From: Gemmatimonadales bacterium | GTDB taxonomy: Bacteria; Gemmatimonadota; Gemmatimonadetes; Gemmatimonadales; GWC2-71-9 | Reading direction: 5' to 3' | NCBI GenBank assembly: GCA_033764135.1 | Contig: JANRJE010000006.1 | Coordinates: 54,675-118,674, forward strand | DNA: 64,000 bases | Shown here: positions 16,618 through 26,933 of the stretch, one piece after another | Layout of the letters: the number at the start of each line of letters is the position of its first letter | How positions within the stretch are numbered: position 1 is the first letter of the stretch | Notes under the pieces: generated by a model | Told to the model about the DNA's origin: nothing | What the model saw: the letters and a program-made list of their open reading frames with translations, nothing else | Databases searched by the model: none | Translations under genes and position numbers: made by a program

Positions 16618-19398
16618 CTACGGCTCCCCGGCGACCCCGCGCCGTGCCGCACTCACCAGCGCCTCGGCGCGTTCATCGGCCTCACGCTCGATCTGGGTTG
16701 CTCGCGTGTCCGCCTCCCGCCGCAACCGCTTCGCGGCGACCTCGGCACCGGCTTTGGCGATCGGACCAGAGGCCTTCGCCACCAACGAGTCGGCGGCCTG
16801 AGCCCCCTCGGCCCTCACCCGCTCCGCCACTTGCCGTGCCTCCGCCCGAATTGCTTCGGCTCGCCGTTCGGCATCAGCCACCAGACTGTCGGCCTCGGCC
16901 CGGGCACGCTGCCGCGCCGCCTCGGCTCCCGCGTCGGCCTGCCGTTCCAGTGATTGGACTTGCCCCGCCGCCGCCTGACCGATCGCGTCGCGTGCCCCCC
17001 CCACCGGCCCACCAGTGCCGATTCCGATCGTCGGCTTGGCGACGGTACCGCCGAGCGCCAGTCCCACCTGCATGAGGTCGGCAGCACCGAGGTTGAGACC
17101 GACCTTGCCGGCCTGGGTCAACATCCCCGAAATCGCCTGCCCGGCCTCCGCACCGATCAGCCCGGACGGTGCCTGCAATCGCAACGCGTATTCCAGCGAC
17201 TGGTCGATGCCGTTGGAGCCCGAGACGTTGAGTTTGAACTCGCCAAGCTCCACGTCGAACGGCTGCAGATGCAGGCGGCCATCGCGGATCGCGAAGGTGG
17301 ACTGGATGGCCCGGAAGGTCGGATTGGTGAACTGCGGCAGCTTGAGCTTGCCCGCCAATGCGTCGAGTGCCGGAAAGCCCTCGACCGCCACCTGCGAGGT
17401 CTGCAGGGCGCCCTGTCCGCTTAGTGCGCTCAGAATCGGCATCATCTGCTCGCCGAGAGCGCCCTGAATTCCGAGTTGCGCGGAGAAGGTTCCGCGGGCG
17501 AATTCGGCAATCGGGGCGAAGCGCTGGATGGTGGTCAGTGCCTGGAATGCCGCCGGTATCTGCAACTCCGTCAACTGCATGGTGGCGTCAAAGGTCGGTC
17601 GCGCCGGATTGACGGTTTCGTAATAGCCGGTCATGGCGAGCGTGCCGCCGAGCCCCTTCATCCGCAAGCCGTCCATGGTGACCCGCTGATCCTTGACCCG
17701 GATCGTTCCGGCAACGTCGGTCAGGTTGAGGCGTTCCCATACCAGAGTGGCGATCTCGGCATCGAGCACCAAGTCGAGATTCGCCGGCACCGGAATGATG
17801 CTGAGCGTGTCGTCGGACGATTGCCACTCGTTCAGATCGAACTTGACGCTCTGGAAGGTGGCCCGGCCGTGCAACGGTTCACCGCGCATCACGAAGCGCA
17901 GCAGGTTGTCGAGCGTGCCGGTCATCGCCATGTCGCTGCCGCCGATCCGGCCGCGGAAGGTGGCCAGTTCCGTCAATCGCGGAGTGAGGCGGAGCAGGGT
18001 CTCGTCGATCACGATGGCGTGGGGAAAATCGGCCGACGCCAGGGTGAAGTTGCGGATATCGATCGTGCCCCGCGCGTTGACCTGATCGAACTGGCCCCGA
18101 TCGAGTGACGACAACCTGGTCGCGATGGCAGCATCGGCGCTGATCACTCCGGCGAGGTCTTCGACACCATCAAGCTTCATGGTGCGGCGTACCTCCGCCA
18201 GGTCCACCTTGCCGGCGAGGGTGAGGGCAACATCCGGGTCCGACACCGGAGTGCTCAACCGCAGTGTGGCGTCGATCGGGTTGCTGCCGATCAGGGCATG
18301 GAACCGGCTCAGATCCAGAACAGTCCGGTCGAGCGAACCGCCAGCGTTGTCGAGTGACAGGTCGAGACCGATGTCGCGGGCCGCCAGCGGCAGGTCGGGA
18401 TACTTGAACGAGCCGTCGCTGACCGTGGCCCGGAGCGCAAAGGCCGGAAACTCGGTCTCGCTGTATACCCCGTTGAGCCGACCGCCCAGCGCCATCGTGC
18501 CGCTGGTCTCGATCGCCGCGAAGTCCTGGGCGTAGATCGCCGGAATCAACGAGATGATGTGACGGAAATCGGTGCTGGGCGCCTCGAAGGTCAGGTCGAG
18601 CATGGTACGGCTGGTGTCGAGCCCGATCGACCCCGCGAAGGCCACCTCCAGATCGTTGAGGCGCAGCTTGTTGTCGCGAAAGGTGAAGCGTCGCTCGGCC
18701 ATGTCGGCATCGAGATCGGCCTCGATGGCCATACCGACTCGGGACAGATACGGGATTCCCGCAAAACGGACCGATACCGCCTCGGCACTCGCCGAGGTCT
18801 TGAGCAGGAAGCGCTCGGAGCCGAAATCGCCGCTCAACGTCTGGTCATACCCCGTCACCGATGACGTCAGCCCGGCTGCCCGATCGTCGATCGTGACCGA
18901 TCCGTTCTCGATCCTGAACTGACGCAGACTCACCGCGAGCGCACTCGCCGTGTCGGTCGCGGCGGCCGGTTCGCTCGCGCGCATGATATCCCAGTTGGCC
19001 ACCCCGTCCTCCTGCACCAGCAGCCGGAGTGCGGGCTCCCGAAGCACCAGCTCCCGGACCAGCAGCGGCGCCCCGCGGCGCCAGTTCGCCACCACGCTGG
19101 GCAGATCGAGGACCAACCGCAGCTGATCGATCGAGGCGAGGGTGTCACCGGCAAACGTACCGGTACCGACAACGGTCAACTCGTCGATGCTGAGCGTGAG
19201 ATTGGGGAAGTTCCGGAACACCGTGAGTCCGATGTCCTGCCAAGCCACCTCGGCATTGACTGCATCGTTGATCGCGCCGCGGGCGGCGGTTTCGATCCGG
19301 CCCTTGAACAGCAGCGGGACCAGCGCCAGGACGAGCAGCAGGACAACAACCGTACCGCCGAGGCCGATGGCGATTTTGCGAAGGCGTGGTGTGGTCAT
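16618..19398 (-). CDS. AsmA-family outer-membrane biogenesis protein with Ala/Arg/Glu-rich C-terminal coiled-coil tail
   Basis: N-terminal TM 'IAIGLGGTVVVLLLVLALVPLL' followed by a long beta-rich repetitive body. ATG at 19398. Confidence 0.65.
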   Translation of the reverse strand: MTTPRLRKIAIGLGGTVVVLLLVLALVPLLFKGRIETAARGAINDAVNAEVAWQDIGLTVFRNFPNLTLSIDELTVVGTGTFAGDTLASIDQLRLVLDLPSVVANWRRGAPLLVRELVLREPALRLLVQEDGVANWDIMRASEPAAATDTASALAVSLRQFRIENGSVTIDDRAAGLTSSVTGYDQTLSGDFGSERFLLKTSASAEAVSVRFAGIPYLSRVGMAIEADLDADMAERRFTFRDNKLRLNDLEVAFAGSIGLDTSRTMLDLTFEAPSTDFRHIISLIPAIYAQDFAAIETSGTMALGGRLNGVYSETEFPAFALRATVSDGSFKYPDLPLAARDIGLDLSLDNAGGSLDRTVLDLSRFHALIGSNPIDATLRLSTPVSDPDVALTLAGKVDLAEVRRTMKLDGVEDLAGVISADAAIATRLSSLDRGQFDQVNARGTIDIRNFTLASADFPHAIVIDETLLRLTPRLTELATFRGRIGGSDMAMTGTLDNLLRFVMRGEPLHGRATFQSVKFDLNEWQSSDDTLSIIPVPANLDLVLDAEIATLVWERLNLTDVAGTIRVKDQRVTMDGLRMKGLGGTLAMTGYYETVNPARPTFDATMQLTELQIPAAFQALTTIQRFAPIAEFARGTFSAQLGIQGALGEQMMPILSALSGQGALQTSQVAVEGFPALDALAGKLKLPQFTNPTFRAIQSTFAIRDGRLHLQPFDVELGEFKLNVSGSNGIDQSLEYALRLQAPSGLIGAEAGQAISGMLTQAGKVGLNLGAADLMQVGLALGGTVAKPTIGIGTGGPVGGARDAIGQAAAGQVQSLERQADAGAEAARQRARAEADSLVADAERRAEAIRAEARQVAERVRAEGAQAADSLVAKASGPIAKAGAEVAAKRLRREADTRATQIEREADERAEALVSAARRGVAGEP

Positions 19399-19612
19399 GT
19401 TGGCATCCTTGCGGGAGTCGTTGTGGATCCGTACGGGTGGAAGTCCGTGGCGTCCCGGTGACGCCGGGACGGCACATTTCACCACGTCGTGAGTCAAACT
19501 GCAAGCTAACTCGTCTGGAGAAAGACGCTCATACCCACACGTGACCGGCGCCGCGACTCGAGAATTCGAGCCGCGGCGCCGATCGATGGACTACCTGGGA
19601 ACTGCCCGGGTG

Positions 19613-20506
19613 CTAGCGCCCGGTCGGATTGGGGCAGATCCGCCCATCCACATCCTCGAGGGCCGCGAACTCGTTGCTGAGCGCCCCGTAATCACCACCC
19701 GGGAACGCGGCGTTGAACTTGGCGACGACCTCCGCCGGCGTCAGTTCATAGTCGCTGCCCAAGGCTACCGCGTTGAAATAGGCCGAAACGGTGTGGCGAC
19801 CGAGCGCCGTCAACCCGCCACCCCTCCCCGACAACACCTCCTGGAACGACTTCCCGGGGAAGGCGTTCTCGAAGTCGTTACCCGGAATGTCGGAGTTGAA
19901 CAATTGGCCCTTGCTGAAGCCGGCCGGGAAATTGTGGTTCTTCCAGTACCCCGGCGAGCATCCTTGGCCACCGACGGGCGGCGGGGGAGGCGGCGGCGGC
20001 TCGACGAAGTTCTCGAAGGTGATCGTGAAGCCGTGGAAGATGTTCAGCGGCCGGTTGTCGCCATTGGTGAACGGCGAGGCGCTGATGATGTCCGGGCCCC
20101 CCTGGAGATCGGCGTCGATCCGCTGCCCGGCGATGCTGACCAGCCCGGACGAGGTCTCCGTGATGGTGACGGTCGACCCCTCGTTGGCGCCGCTGTTGTC
20201 CTCGGCAACCACGATGCAGTTACCGGGATCGATGGTCGGGTTGGCCAGTACGGTGCCCACGTTGGCGGCCCCGATCGGCACCCGCGACACGGTGAACGTG
20301 CCGGAGACGTTGCTCCCTGCAGACTTGCAAACCTTGATTTTGCCGAACTCCGGGGTGGCGTCGGTGGCGTCGCCGACGGCGAGGCTGGGGGTCGGGGCGA
20401 ACGGCGAGTCGCCGGTCGGGGAGGTCTCACCAGCGCAGGCCGCCAAAGCGACCACGCCGACAATCGCGACCACAGACCCGACACTCCGAGGAAGGTGATG
20501 GTGCAT
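19613..20506 (-). CDS. Lipoprotein with poly-proline linker and 'GYWKNH' C-terminal domain (hypothetical)
   Basis: Lipobox 'VVALAACAG', a run of 8 Pro, and 'GQGCSPGYWKNHNFP'. Confidence 0.5.
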   Translation of the reverse strand: MHHHLPRSVGSVVAIVGVVALAACAGETSPTGDSPFAPTPSLAVGDATDATPEFGKIKVCKSAGSNVSGTFTVSRVPIGAANVGTVLANPTIDPGNCIVVAEDNSGANEGSTVTITETSSGLVSIAGQRIDADLQGGPDIISASPFTNGDNRPLNIFHGFTITFENFVEPPPPPPPPVGGQGCSPGYWKNHNFPAGFSKGQLFNSDIPGNDFENAFPGKSFQEVLSGRGGGLTALGRHTVSAYFNAVALGSDYELTPAEVVAKFNAAFPGGDYGALSNEFAALEDVDGRICPNPTGR

Positions 20507-20958
20507 ACGTCTGCTCCTGTGAGGGTGGAGATGTACCAGTGACGCAGCGCGTGGGTGGTGTCTACCCAAGTTCCCAACCTCCCGAAGGAGCAAGAAAAGG
20601 GGCTCCACGTAATGCGAGTGGCTGGGCATTTGGGCAATTCCCAGGCCAGCAATCGGAAATGCCAACTCGTTGCAAGACAAATGTTTACGCGACCCAGCAA
20701 CAGGAATATCTGTGGCAACAAATCATCGCACGTTGCGTTGATGCAACACTTTTTCATTGGGGATCCTCCTGCCCTTGTGTCGAGTGAGAACCACATATCA
20801 CTCGCCACTGCTTCGGCATCCTACGGCGCCTCAGCATCGACTCGCCAGCGGGACCGCCGATCGATCGGCCTGTGATGCCGACGATCCCGCGACGACTGGC
20901 GCGAGCCGCCGGACCTGATCAACTTGTCCGGCTATCAGTCTACTTCCCCGGAGATCCG

Positions 20959-21318
20959 ATGAGCGAGCATGTATCCTGGCTACTGGAACTCGATGTCCAC
21001 CCCGGCAAGGCCGGCGAACTGCGCACCCTGATGACCGAAATGGTCGCCGCCACGGAGGCCAACGAACCGGGCACTCTCGATTACGAGTGGAGCGTGAGCG
21101 GCGACGATTCCAGTTGCCACATCTTCGAGCGCTATGTCGATTCGGCAGCTGCGATGATCCACGCCACGACGTTCGGGGCGCGCTTCGCCGAACGCTTCCT
21201 CCAAGTTGTTTCGCCGACCCGGTTGGTGCTCTACGGTTCGCCGAGCCCCGAACTGGCGGCCGCTCTGGAAGGATTCTCGCCGGTCCGGATGAAATCAATC
21301 GGTGGCTTCAGCCGATAG
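20959..21318 (+). CDS. Antibiotic-biosynthesis-monooxygenase (ABM)-like small protein
   Basis: About 119 aa. 'EPGTLDYEW...CHIFERYVDSAAAMIH' fits the ferredoxin-like ABM pattern. Confidence 0.5.
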   Translation: MSEHVSWLLELDVHPGKAGELRTLMTEMVAATEANEPGTLDYEWSVSGDDSSCHIFERYVDSAAAMIHATTFGARFAERFLQVVSPTRLVLYGSPSPELAAALEGFSPVRMKSIGGFSR

Positions 21319-21352
21319 CAGGAATGCAGGGGCGGTGGCTTACCTTCCCGGA

Positions 21353-21997
21353 ATGGCCATCGCCCCTCAACCACCATCCCACGACAACTTGCCCGCCGAC
21401 CGGATCTCCGATCAGGAGATGAGGGCGCGGGTAGCTGCGCTCTGTCGCGAGGGTTGGGATATCTGGGAGCGATTCGCCGAACGCAGCATGGAGCGGCCGT
21501 TTCACCCGTTCGTCGCGGCCGACTACGATGCGGTGGGTCGAGCGCTCTGGCCATATCGAGGCACCGGCCTGCGCTTCCTGGAGTGGGGGTCGGCCACCGG
21601 CGTGATCACCGTGATGGCCGATTTGCTCGGCATGGAGGCCTCGGGCATCGAGCTCGACTCAGGGCTGATGGCCACTGCCCACTCCCTGGCCGAGCAGTTT
21701 GATTCGGGAGCGAAGTTCGCGCTGGGCAGCTTCCTGCCGACCGGCTACCAATGGCGAGGGAGCGATGGCGACCAGCGCACCGGCACCCTCGGCAGCGGTC
21801 CGTCGGGCTACCTGCAACTCGGCCGAGCCCTCGACGAGTTCGACATCATCTTCGGCTTTCCCTGGGACGGCGAAATCTCCACCATGCTCGATGTGATGCA
21901 GAGTTACGGTCGCCCGGATGCCCTGCTGGTCATCTACAGCGCCAGCGACGGCATCAGCAGCTACCGCGGGGGCCGGATGGTTGCCAACGGCAGTTGA
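21353..21997 (+). CDS. Class I SAM-methyltransferase-like protein (start uncertain)
   Basis: 'LRFLEWGSATGVITVMADLLGMEASGIELD' resembles motif I plus the post-I acidic residue. Confidence 0.4.
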   Translation: MAIAPQPPSHDNLPADRISDQEMRARVAALCREGWDIWERFAERSMERPFHPFVAADYDAVGRALWPYRGTGLRFLEWGSATGVITVMADLLGMEASGIELDSGLMATAHSLAEQFDSGAKFALGSFLPTGYQWRGSDGDQRTGTLGSGPSGYLQLGRALDEFDIIFGFPWDGEISTMLDVMQSYGRPDALLVIYSASDGISSYRGGRMVANGS

Positions 21998-22057
21998 ATT
22001 GAACGGCAGCCAAGACCAATCGACAGTTGCGGCGCCATGAACTCAAGCCGGACCAGT

Positions 22058-24103
22058 TCAGCTGCGACTACCATTCGGTGTGAGGCACAGCAGCCACCCT
22101 CGCAACAGCTCCGCCACGCTCCACGCCTGGGCAATCGCGCCCCGGGGATGATGCGGCGGCTCGGCGTCGAATATTTCAGAGATTGACCCGACACCGGCCT
22201 CGGCAAGCTGCGTCATCATCTGCTCGATCAACGCCCGTCCCTGGCTTCGGCCGCGCACACCACGTTCCCGCACCAACGCCGTCACGAACGGCCCCAGCAG
22301 CCAAGGCCACACCGTTCCCTGATGGTAGGCACCATCGCGCGCCACCACATCGCCCTGATAGCGCGGCTGGTACCGCGGATCACTCGGCGCGAGAGTGCGC
22401 AATCCTGCCGGCGTCAACAACGCCTCCTCCACCACCCGGAGGATGCTCCGCCGCCGCACCGCCGACAGCAGCGGGAACGGCAGCGAGAGCGCCAGCAACT
22501 GGTTGGGCCTCAGTGTACTGTCCCGCAAGTCGCCGTCGACGACATCATGGAGATAGCCACCCTCTTCATACCAGAAGACTCTGGCGAACTGACGCCGGGC
22601 ACGCACCATCGCGGTATTGAAGTGGTCCGCCGCATCCGCGTCTCCGAGAGCGCACTCGGCTTCTGCCAGAATGCCCAAGGCGTTGACCCACAGCGCGTTG
22701 ATCTCGACCGGCTTGCCGATGCGCGGGGTGACGACCCAGTCACCGACCTTGGCGTCCATCCAGGTGAGTTGCACCCCCGGTTCACCAGCCCGGAGCAGGC
22801 CGTCCGCGTCAACCCTGATGCCATGACGGGTGCCGTCGCGATGCCACTGCACAGCGCGACGCATGGTCGGCAGCAGCTCGCGAACCAGTTCATCGTCACC
22901 GGTGGCGCGCCAGTACGCGTGGAGCGCCACAAAGAACCAGAGCGCCGCATCCACCGAGTTGTACTCGGGCTCGTCGCCGCTGTCGGGAAAGCGGTTGGGC
23001 AGCATTCCCTGATCGAAATGACGGGCGAAGGTCGCCAGGATTTCACGCGCCAACTCCGGGCGACCGGTGACCAGAGTCAGGCCGGGCAGCGCGATCAGGG
23101 TGTCGCGCCCCCAGTCACCGAACCAGTGATAGCCGGCGATGACGGTGCGCTGATCGTCCTCGCGCCGGACCAGAAATTGATCGGCTGCCAACGCCAGCGG
23201 CACCGTCACCTGATCGCGATGCGGCAGCCGCCCGAGCAAGTCCGTGCGCCGAGTCCGTTCGGTGGCGATCAGTACGGCGGGATCGCGACCGGTCGGGTCA
23301 TTGGTGCTTGCTGTCAGATGCACCGACTCTCCCGGCGCCAGCGGCACCCGGAGCACACCCGGCGTCCAGAGATCCTCGTGAAAATCGAAGCCGCGCTCGC
23401 GCTCCCTCGGATATTCAAAGCGATGCCACCACTGCGGCATCGACACCAGATCGGCGCCACGCACCGAAAGGAAGAGCTGCGCCCCTGCTGCCAGCGGCCC
23501 GGTGACGAACGCGCCATTGCCAAAGCGCCAGACTGGTCCCGGACCATCTTCGTGAAGCAATCCGTGATGATCGCGACCGGCAATGAAGGGGCGCAATCCG
23601 AGGATCACCGGCGCCGAACCGCCGATCAGCCGATACTCGACTACCGTGCTGTTCTCACCGTGGATTGCCACTACGGTCTTCTCCAGGATGGCATCACCGA
23701 TACTGAACCGCCACACAGGGAAGAGGTCGCGCGCAAAGGCCGTCAACCGCTCATGACCGGCAGGATTGAGCGCGTCCGGGAAGATGTTGCAGCCGAGTTC
23801 GATCTGCTCGCCACCGAGCTGAATCGTCTCGTCAACCTTGGAGAGCAGCACCACTCGCCCGAGGGGAGGCCGGGTCGCTGCCACCAGCAATCCGTGATAG
23901 CGGCGGGTGTTGGCGCCCGAGACGCTGGAACTGGCCCAGCCGCCCAGGCCGTTGGTCTCCAGCCATTCGCGCCCGGACAACTCGGCAAAGGTGCCGACTG
24001 ATGTTGTCGACTGGTTCACGCTGTTTCCCCGTATTGTCACCCCTGCACCTGCTCCACCAAGGAGGTGGCTATCGTCCTCCATCGAACCGATCGGACCGGG
24101 CAT
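22058..24103 (-). CDS. Glycogen debranching enzyme (archaeal-type GDE N-domain + amylo-alpha-1,6-glucosidase)
   Basis: 'REWLETNGLGGWASSSVSGANTRRYHGLLVAA' and the (alpha/alpha)6 C-domain 'GDWGRDTLIALPGL'. Confidence 0.8.
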   Translation of the reverse strand: MPGPIGSMEDDSHLLGGAGAGVTIRGNSVNQSTTSVGTFAELSGREWLETNGLGGWASSSVSGANTRRYHGLLVAATRPPLGRVVLLSKVDETIQLGGEQIELGCNIFPDALNPAGHERLTAFARDLFPVWRFSIGDAILEKTVVAIHGENSTVVEYRLIGGSAPVILGLRPFIAGRDHHGLLHEDGPGPVWRFGNGAFVTGPLAAGAQLFLSVRGADLVSMPQWWHRFEYPRERERGFDFHEDLWTPGVLRVPLAPGESVHLTASTNDPTGRDPAVLIATERTRRTDLLGRLPHRDQVTVPLALAADQFLVRREDDQRTVIAGYHWFGDWGRDTLIALPGLTLVTGRPELAREILATFARHFDQGMLPNRFPDSGDEPEYNSVDAALWFFVALHAYWRATGDDELVRELLPTMRRAVQWHRDGTRHGIRVDADGLLRAGEPGVQLTWMDAKVGDWVVTPRIGKPVEINALWVNALGILAEAECALGDADAADHFNTAMVRARRQFARVFWYEEGGYLHDVVDGDLRDSTLRPNQLLALSLPFPLLSAVRRRSILRVVEEALLTPAGLRTLAPSDPRYQPRYQGDVVARDGAYHQGTVWPWLLGPFVTALVRERGVRGRSQGRALIEQMMTQLAEAGVGSISEIFDAEPPHHPRGAIAQAWSVAELLRGWLLCLTPNGSRS

Positions 24104-24269
24104 TTGTTCCAGCGGCAGGACCGGCCCCGGGCCCTCGCCTTCCGTTCCGGGCTTGCCACCTCGAGCCGGGTGCGCTGCCCGGGGTATCTTCGAATGGATC
24201 GCTGCCCGGATGAGGATCGACCCTCATCCTGCCGCCACTCCGTGAGCTGTCACTCCGCAGGAGACACAA

Positions 24270-26933
24270 TTGCCCGAAGGAAACAACGCCGCCCGGACAG
24301 CCGAAGCCAACCGGATCGCCGAAAACGACGACGGCCGCTGGTGGCGATGGGGTCCCTATCTGAGCGAACGGCAATGGGGCACCGTGCGGGAAGATTACAG
24401 CGCCGACGGCTCCGCGTGGGACTATTTCCCCCACGACCATGCCCGCAGCCGGGCCTATCGCTGGGGCGAGGACGGTCTGGCCGGCTTCAGCGACGTGAAT
24501 CAGGAGGTTTGCCTCTCGCTGGCGCTCTGGAACGGGCAGGACCCGATCCTCAAGGAGCGGCTCTTCGGCTTGACCAACGGCGAGGGCAATCACGGCGAGG
24601 ACGTCAAGGAACTCTACTACTACCTCGATGCCACGCCGTCGCATTCCTATCTCCGGATGCTCTACAAATATCCGCACGCCGCTTTTCCATACAATGCCAT
24701 CATCGAGGCCAACGCCAATCGCGGCGTTGCAGACCGCGAGTTCGAGCTGCTCGACACCGGTGTGTTCGACGGGCAGCGCTATTTCGACGTCGAAGTGGAA
24801 TACGCCAAGGCCGCCCCCGACGACATCCTGATGCGGGTTACCGTCCACAACCGCGGACCGGAGACCGCCACCTGCCATGTCATGCCGCAGGTGGTGTTCC
24901 GCAACACCTGGTCGTGGGATCACGAGGCCCCGCGCCCGGCGCTGATGCGCACCGGCCCGGCATCGGTCACCCTGATCCACACCGATCACTCCAGGCAGCG
25001 ACTGCACTCCGACGGCACCCCGACGCTGATCTTCACCGAGAACGAATCCAACGCCGAACGACTCTGGGGCGTCACTGCCGAGCAGTCACAGTACGTCAAG
25101 GACGCCTTTCACGCCTGGGTCATCGACGGCAATCACGCGGCTGTGAATCCGGCCCAGGAAGGAACCAAGGCGGGCTTCCTGCGCGAGCTGACGATTCCAC
25201 CCGGCGAGTCGCGGCAACTGCGCCTGCGCCTGACGGAGCTGGACCATCAGGAAGCGTTGGCAGATTTCGACACCGTGCTCGCGACCCGTCGCGCCGAGGC
25301 CGACGCCTTTTATGATCAAATGCACGGCACCCTGAACGCCGATGCCCGCAACGTGCAGCGACAGGCCTATGCCGGCCTGATCTGGAGCAAGCAGGTCTTC
25401 CGGTTCGACGTGCGCCGCTGGCTGGCTGGCGACCCGACCCAACCTCCCCCCCCCGCCGTTCGTCGCCGCGGCCGCAACAGCGGCTGGCAGCACCTCGACG
25501 CCTTCGAGGTGCTCTCGATGCCCGACGCCTGGGAGTATCCGTGGTTCGCGGCCTGGGACCTGGCCTTTCACACCATCCCGCTGGCGCGGCTCGACCCAGC
25601 CTTCGCCAAGCAGCAACTCGACGTCCTCACCCGCGAGTGGTATCTGCACCCCAACGGGCAGTTGCCCGCCTATGAATGGGCGTTCGGCGACGTCAACCCG
25701 CCGGTTCATGCCTGGGCCACCTGGCGGGTGTTCCAGATCGACCGCGAGCAGCGCGGCGACGCTGGCGACCTGGTCTTCCTGGAGCGGGTCTTCCACAAGC
25801 TGCTGCTCAACTTCACCTGGTGGGTCAACCGCAAGGACTCCGACGGCCGCAACATCTTTCAGGGCGGCTTCCTCGGCCTCGACAACATCGGCCTCTTCGA
25901 CCGCAGTGCGCCGCTGCCGACCGGCGGCCACATGCACCAGTCCGACGGCACCAGCTGGATGGCGATGTATTCGCTCAATCTGCTGCAGATCTCGCTCGAG
26001 CTGGCACTCCACAACCCGGTCTACCAGGACATCGCCACCAAGTTCTTCGAGCACTTCCTGGCAATTGCCCACGCCATGACCGACATGGGTGGCGACGGCG
26101 TGGGGCTCTGGGACGAGGAGGACGAGTTCTTCTACGATGAGCTCCACCTCCCCGACGGCAAGCACGTGCCGCTCAAGGTTCGCTCGATGGTGGGGTTGAT
26201 TCCGCTCTTCGCGGTCGAGGTGATGGAGCACTCCTGCCTCGATGAGTTGCCGGAATTTGCCAGGCGGCTCAACTGGTTCCTCGAGCAGCGTCCCGATCTC
26301 GCCACTCTGGTCTCGCGCTGGTACGAACCCGGCACCGGGGAGCGTCACCTGCTGTCACTGCTCCGGGGCCACCGCATGAAGCGGCTGCTGACCCGGCTGC
26401 TGGATGAGACCGAGTTTCTCGCTCCGCACGGTGTACGCGCCCTGTCGCGCTATCACCTCGACCACCCCTATTCGCTGACGATCAACGGAGGAGCCACTCA
26501 TACCGTGCAGTATGAACCGGGTGAGTCGAGTTCCCGTCTCTTCGGTGGCAACTCCAACTGGCGCGGACCGATCTGGTTTCCGGTCAACTACCTGCTGATC
26601 GAGTCGTTGCTGAAATTTCACCGCTATTACGGCGACGATTTCCGGATCGAGTGCCCGACCGGTTCGGGCGAGTACACCACCATTCGCGGCGTGGCGGAGG
26701 AGTTGACCCGGCGGCTGACCTCGCTCTTCATGCCCGACGCAGCCGGCCGCAGGCCGATATTCGGCAACGACGAACTGTTCCGGTCCGACCCGCATTTCCA
26801 CGATCACCTGCTGTTCCACGAGTATTTCCACGGTGACGACGGTCACGGACTCGGCGCTTCGCATCAGACCGGCTGGACCGCACTCGTCGCCGAACTGCTG
26901 CACATCTCCTCGACGGCGGAGCAGCGGTCATGA
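24270..26933 (+). CDS. GH63/MGH1-like glycoside hydrolase (glucosidase)
   Basis: 'RWWRWGPYLSERQWGTVREDYS...AWDYFPHDHARSRAYRWGEDG' N-terminus. TTG start at 24270 behind AGGAG. Confidence 0.6.
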   Translation: MPEGNNAARTAEANRIAENDDGRWWRWGPYLSERQWGTVREDYSADGSAWDYFPHDHARSRAYRWGEDGLAGFSDVNQEVCLSLALWNGQDPILKERLFGLTNGEGNHGEDVKELYYYLDATPSHSYLRMLYKYPHAAFPYNAIIEANANRGVADREFELLDTGVFDGQRYFDVEVEYAKAAPDDILMRVTVHNRGPETATCHVMPQVVFRNTWSWDHEAPRPALMRTGPASVTLIHTDHSRQRLHSDGTPTLIFTENESNAERLWGVTAEQSQYVKDAFHAWVIDGNHAAVNPAQEGTKAGFLRELTIPPGESRQLRLRLTELDHQEALADFDTVLATRRAEADAFYDQMHGTLNADARNVQRQAYAGLIWSKQVFRFDVRRWLAGDPTQPPPPAVRRRGRNSGWQHLDAFEVLSMPDAWEYPWFAAWDLAFHTIPLARLDPAFAKQQLDVLTREWYLHPNGQLPAYEWAFGDVNPPVHAWATWRVFQIDREQRGDAGDLVFLERVFHKLLLNFTWWVNRKDSDGRNIFQGGFLGLDNIGLFDRSAPLPTGGHMHQSDGTSWMAMYSLNLLQISLELALHNPVYQDIATKFFEHFLAIAHAMTDMGGDGVGLWDEEDEFFYDELHLPDGKHVPLKVRSMVGLIPLFAVEVMEHSCLDELPEFARRLNWFLEQRPDLATLVSRWYEPGTGERHLLSLLRGHRMKRLLTRLLDETEFLAPHGVRALSRYHLDHPYSLTINGGATHTVQYEPGESSSRLFGGNSNWRGPIWFPVNYLLIESLLKFHRYYGDDFRIECPTGSGEYTTIRGVAEELTRRLTSLFMPDAAGRRPIFGNDELFRSDPHFHDHLLFHEYFHGDDGHGLGASHQTGWTALVAELLHISSTAEQRS

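Noticed and set aside
20507-20958. A 450-nt relatively AT-rich intergenic region containing the small inverted repeat GTTGCgttgatGCAAC. I considered an ncRNA or riboswitch.
   Set aside because: No recognisable riboswitch or terminator architecture. It is more simply the promoter or leader region between divergent genes.
22322-24001. Very long ORFs antisense to, or out of frame with, confident genes. Examples: 22322-24001 (559 aa), 25086-26348, 34241-36223 (660 aa), 36479-37669, 44811-45998 and 49330-50988.
   Set aside because: They are typical high-GC shadow ORFs. They are Arg/Pro/Gly/Ala-rich with low complexity and no motifs, and they overlap genes that carry strong family signatures.
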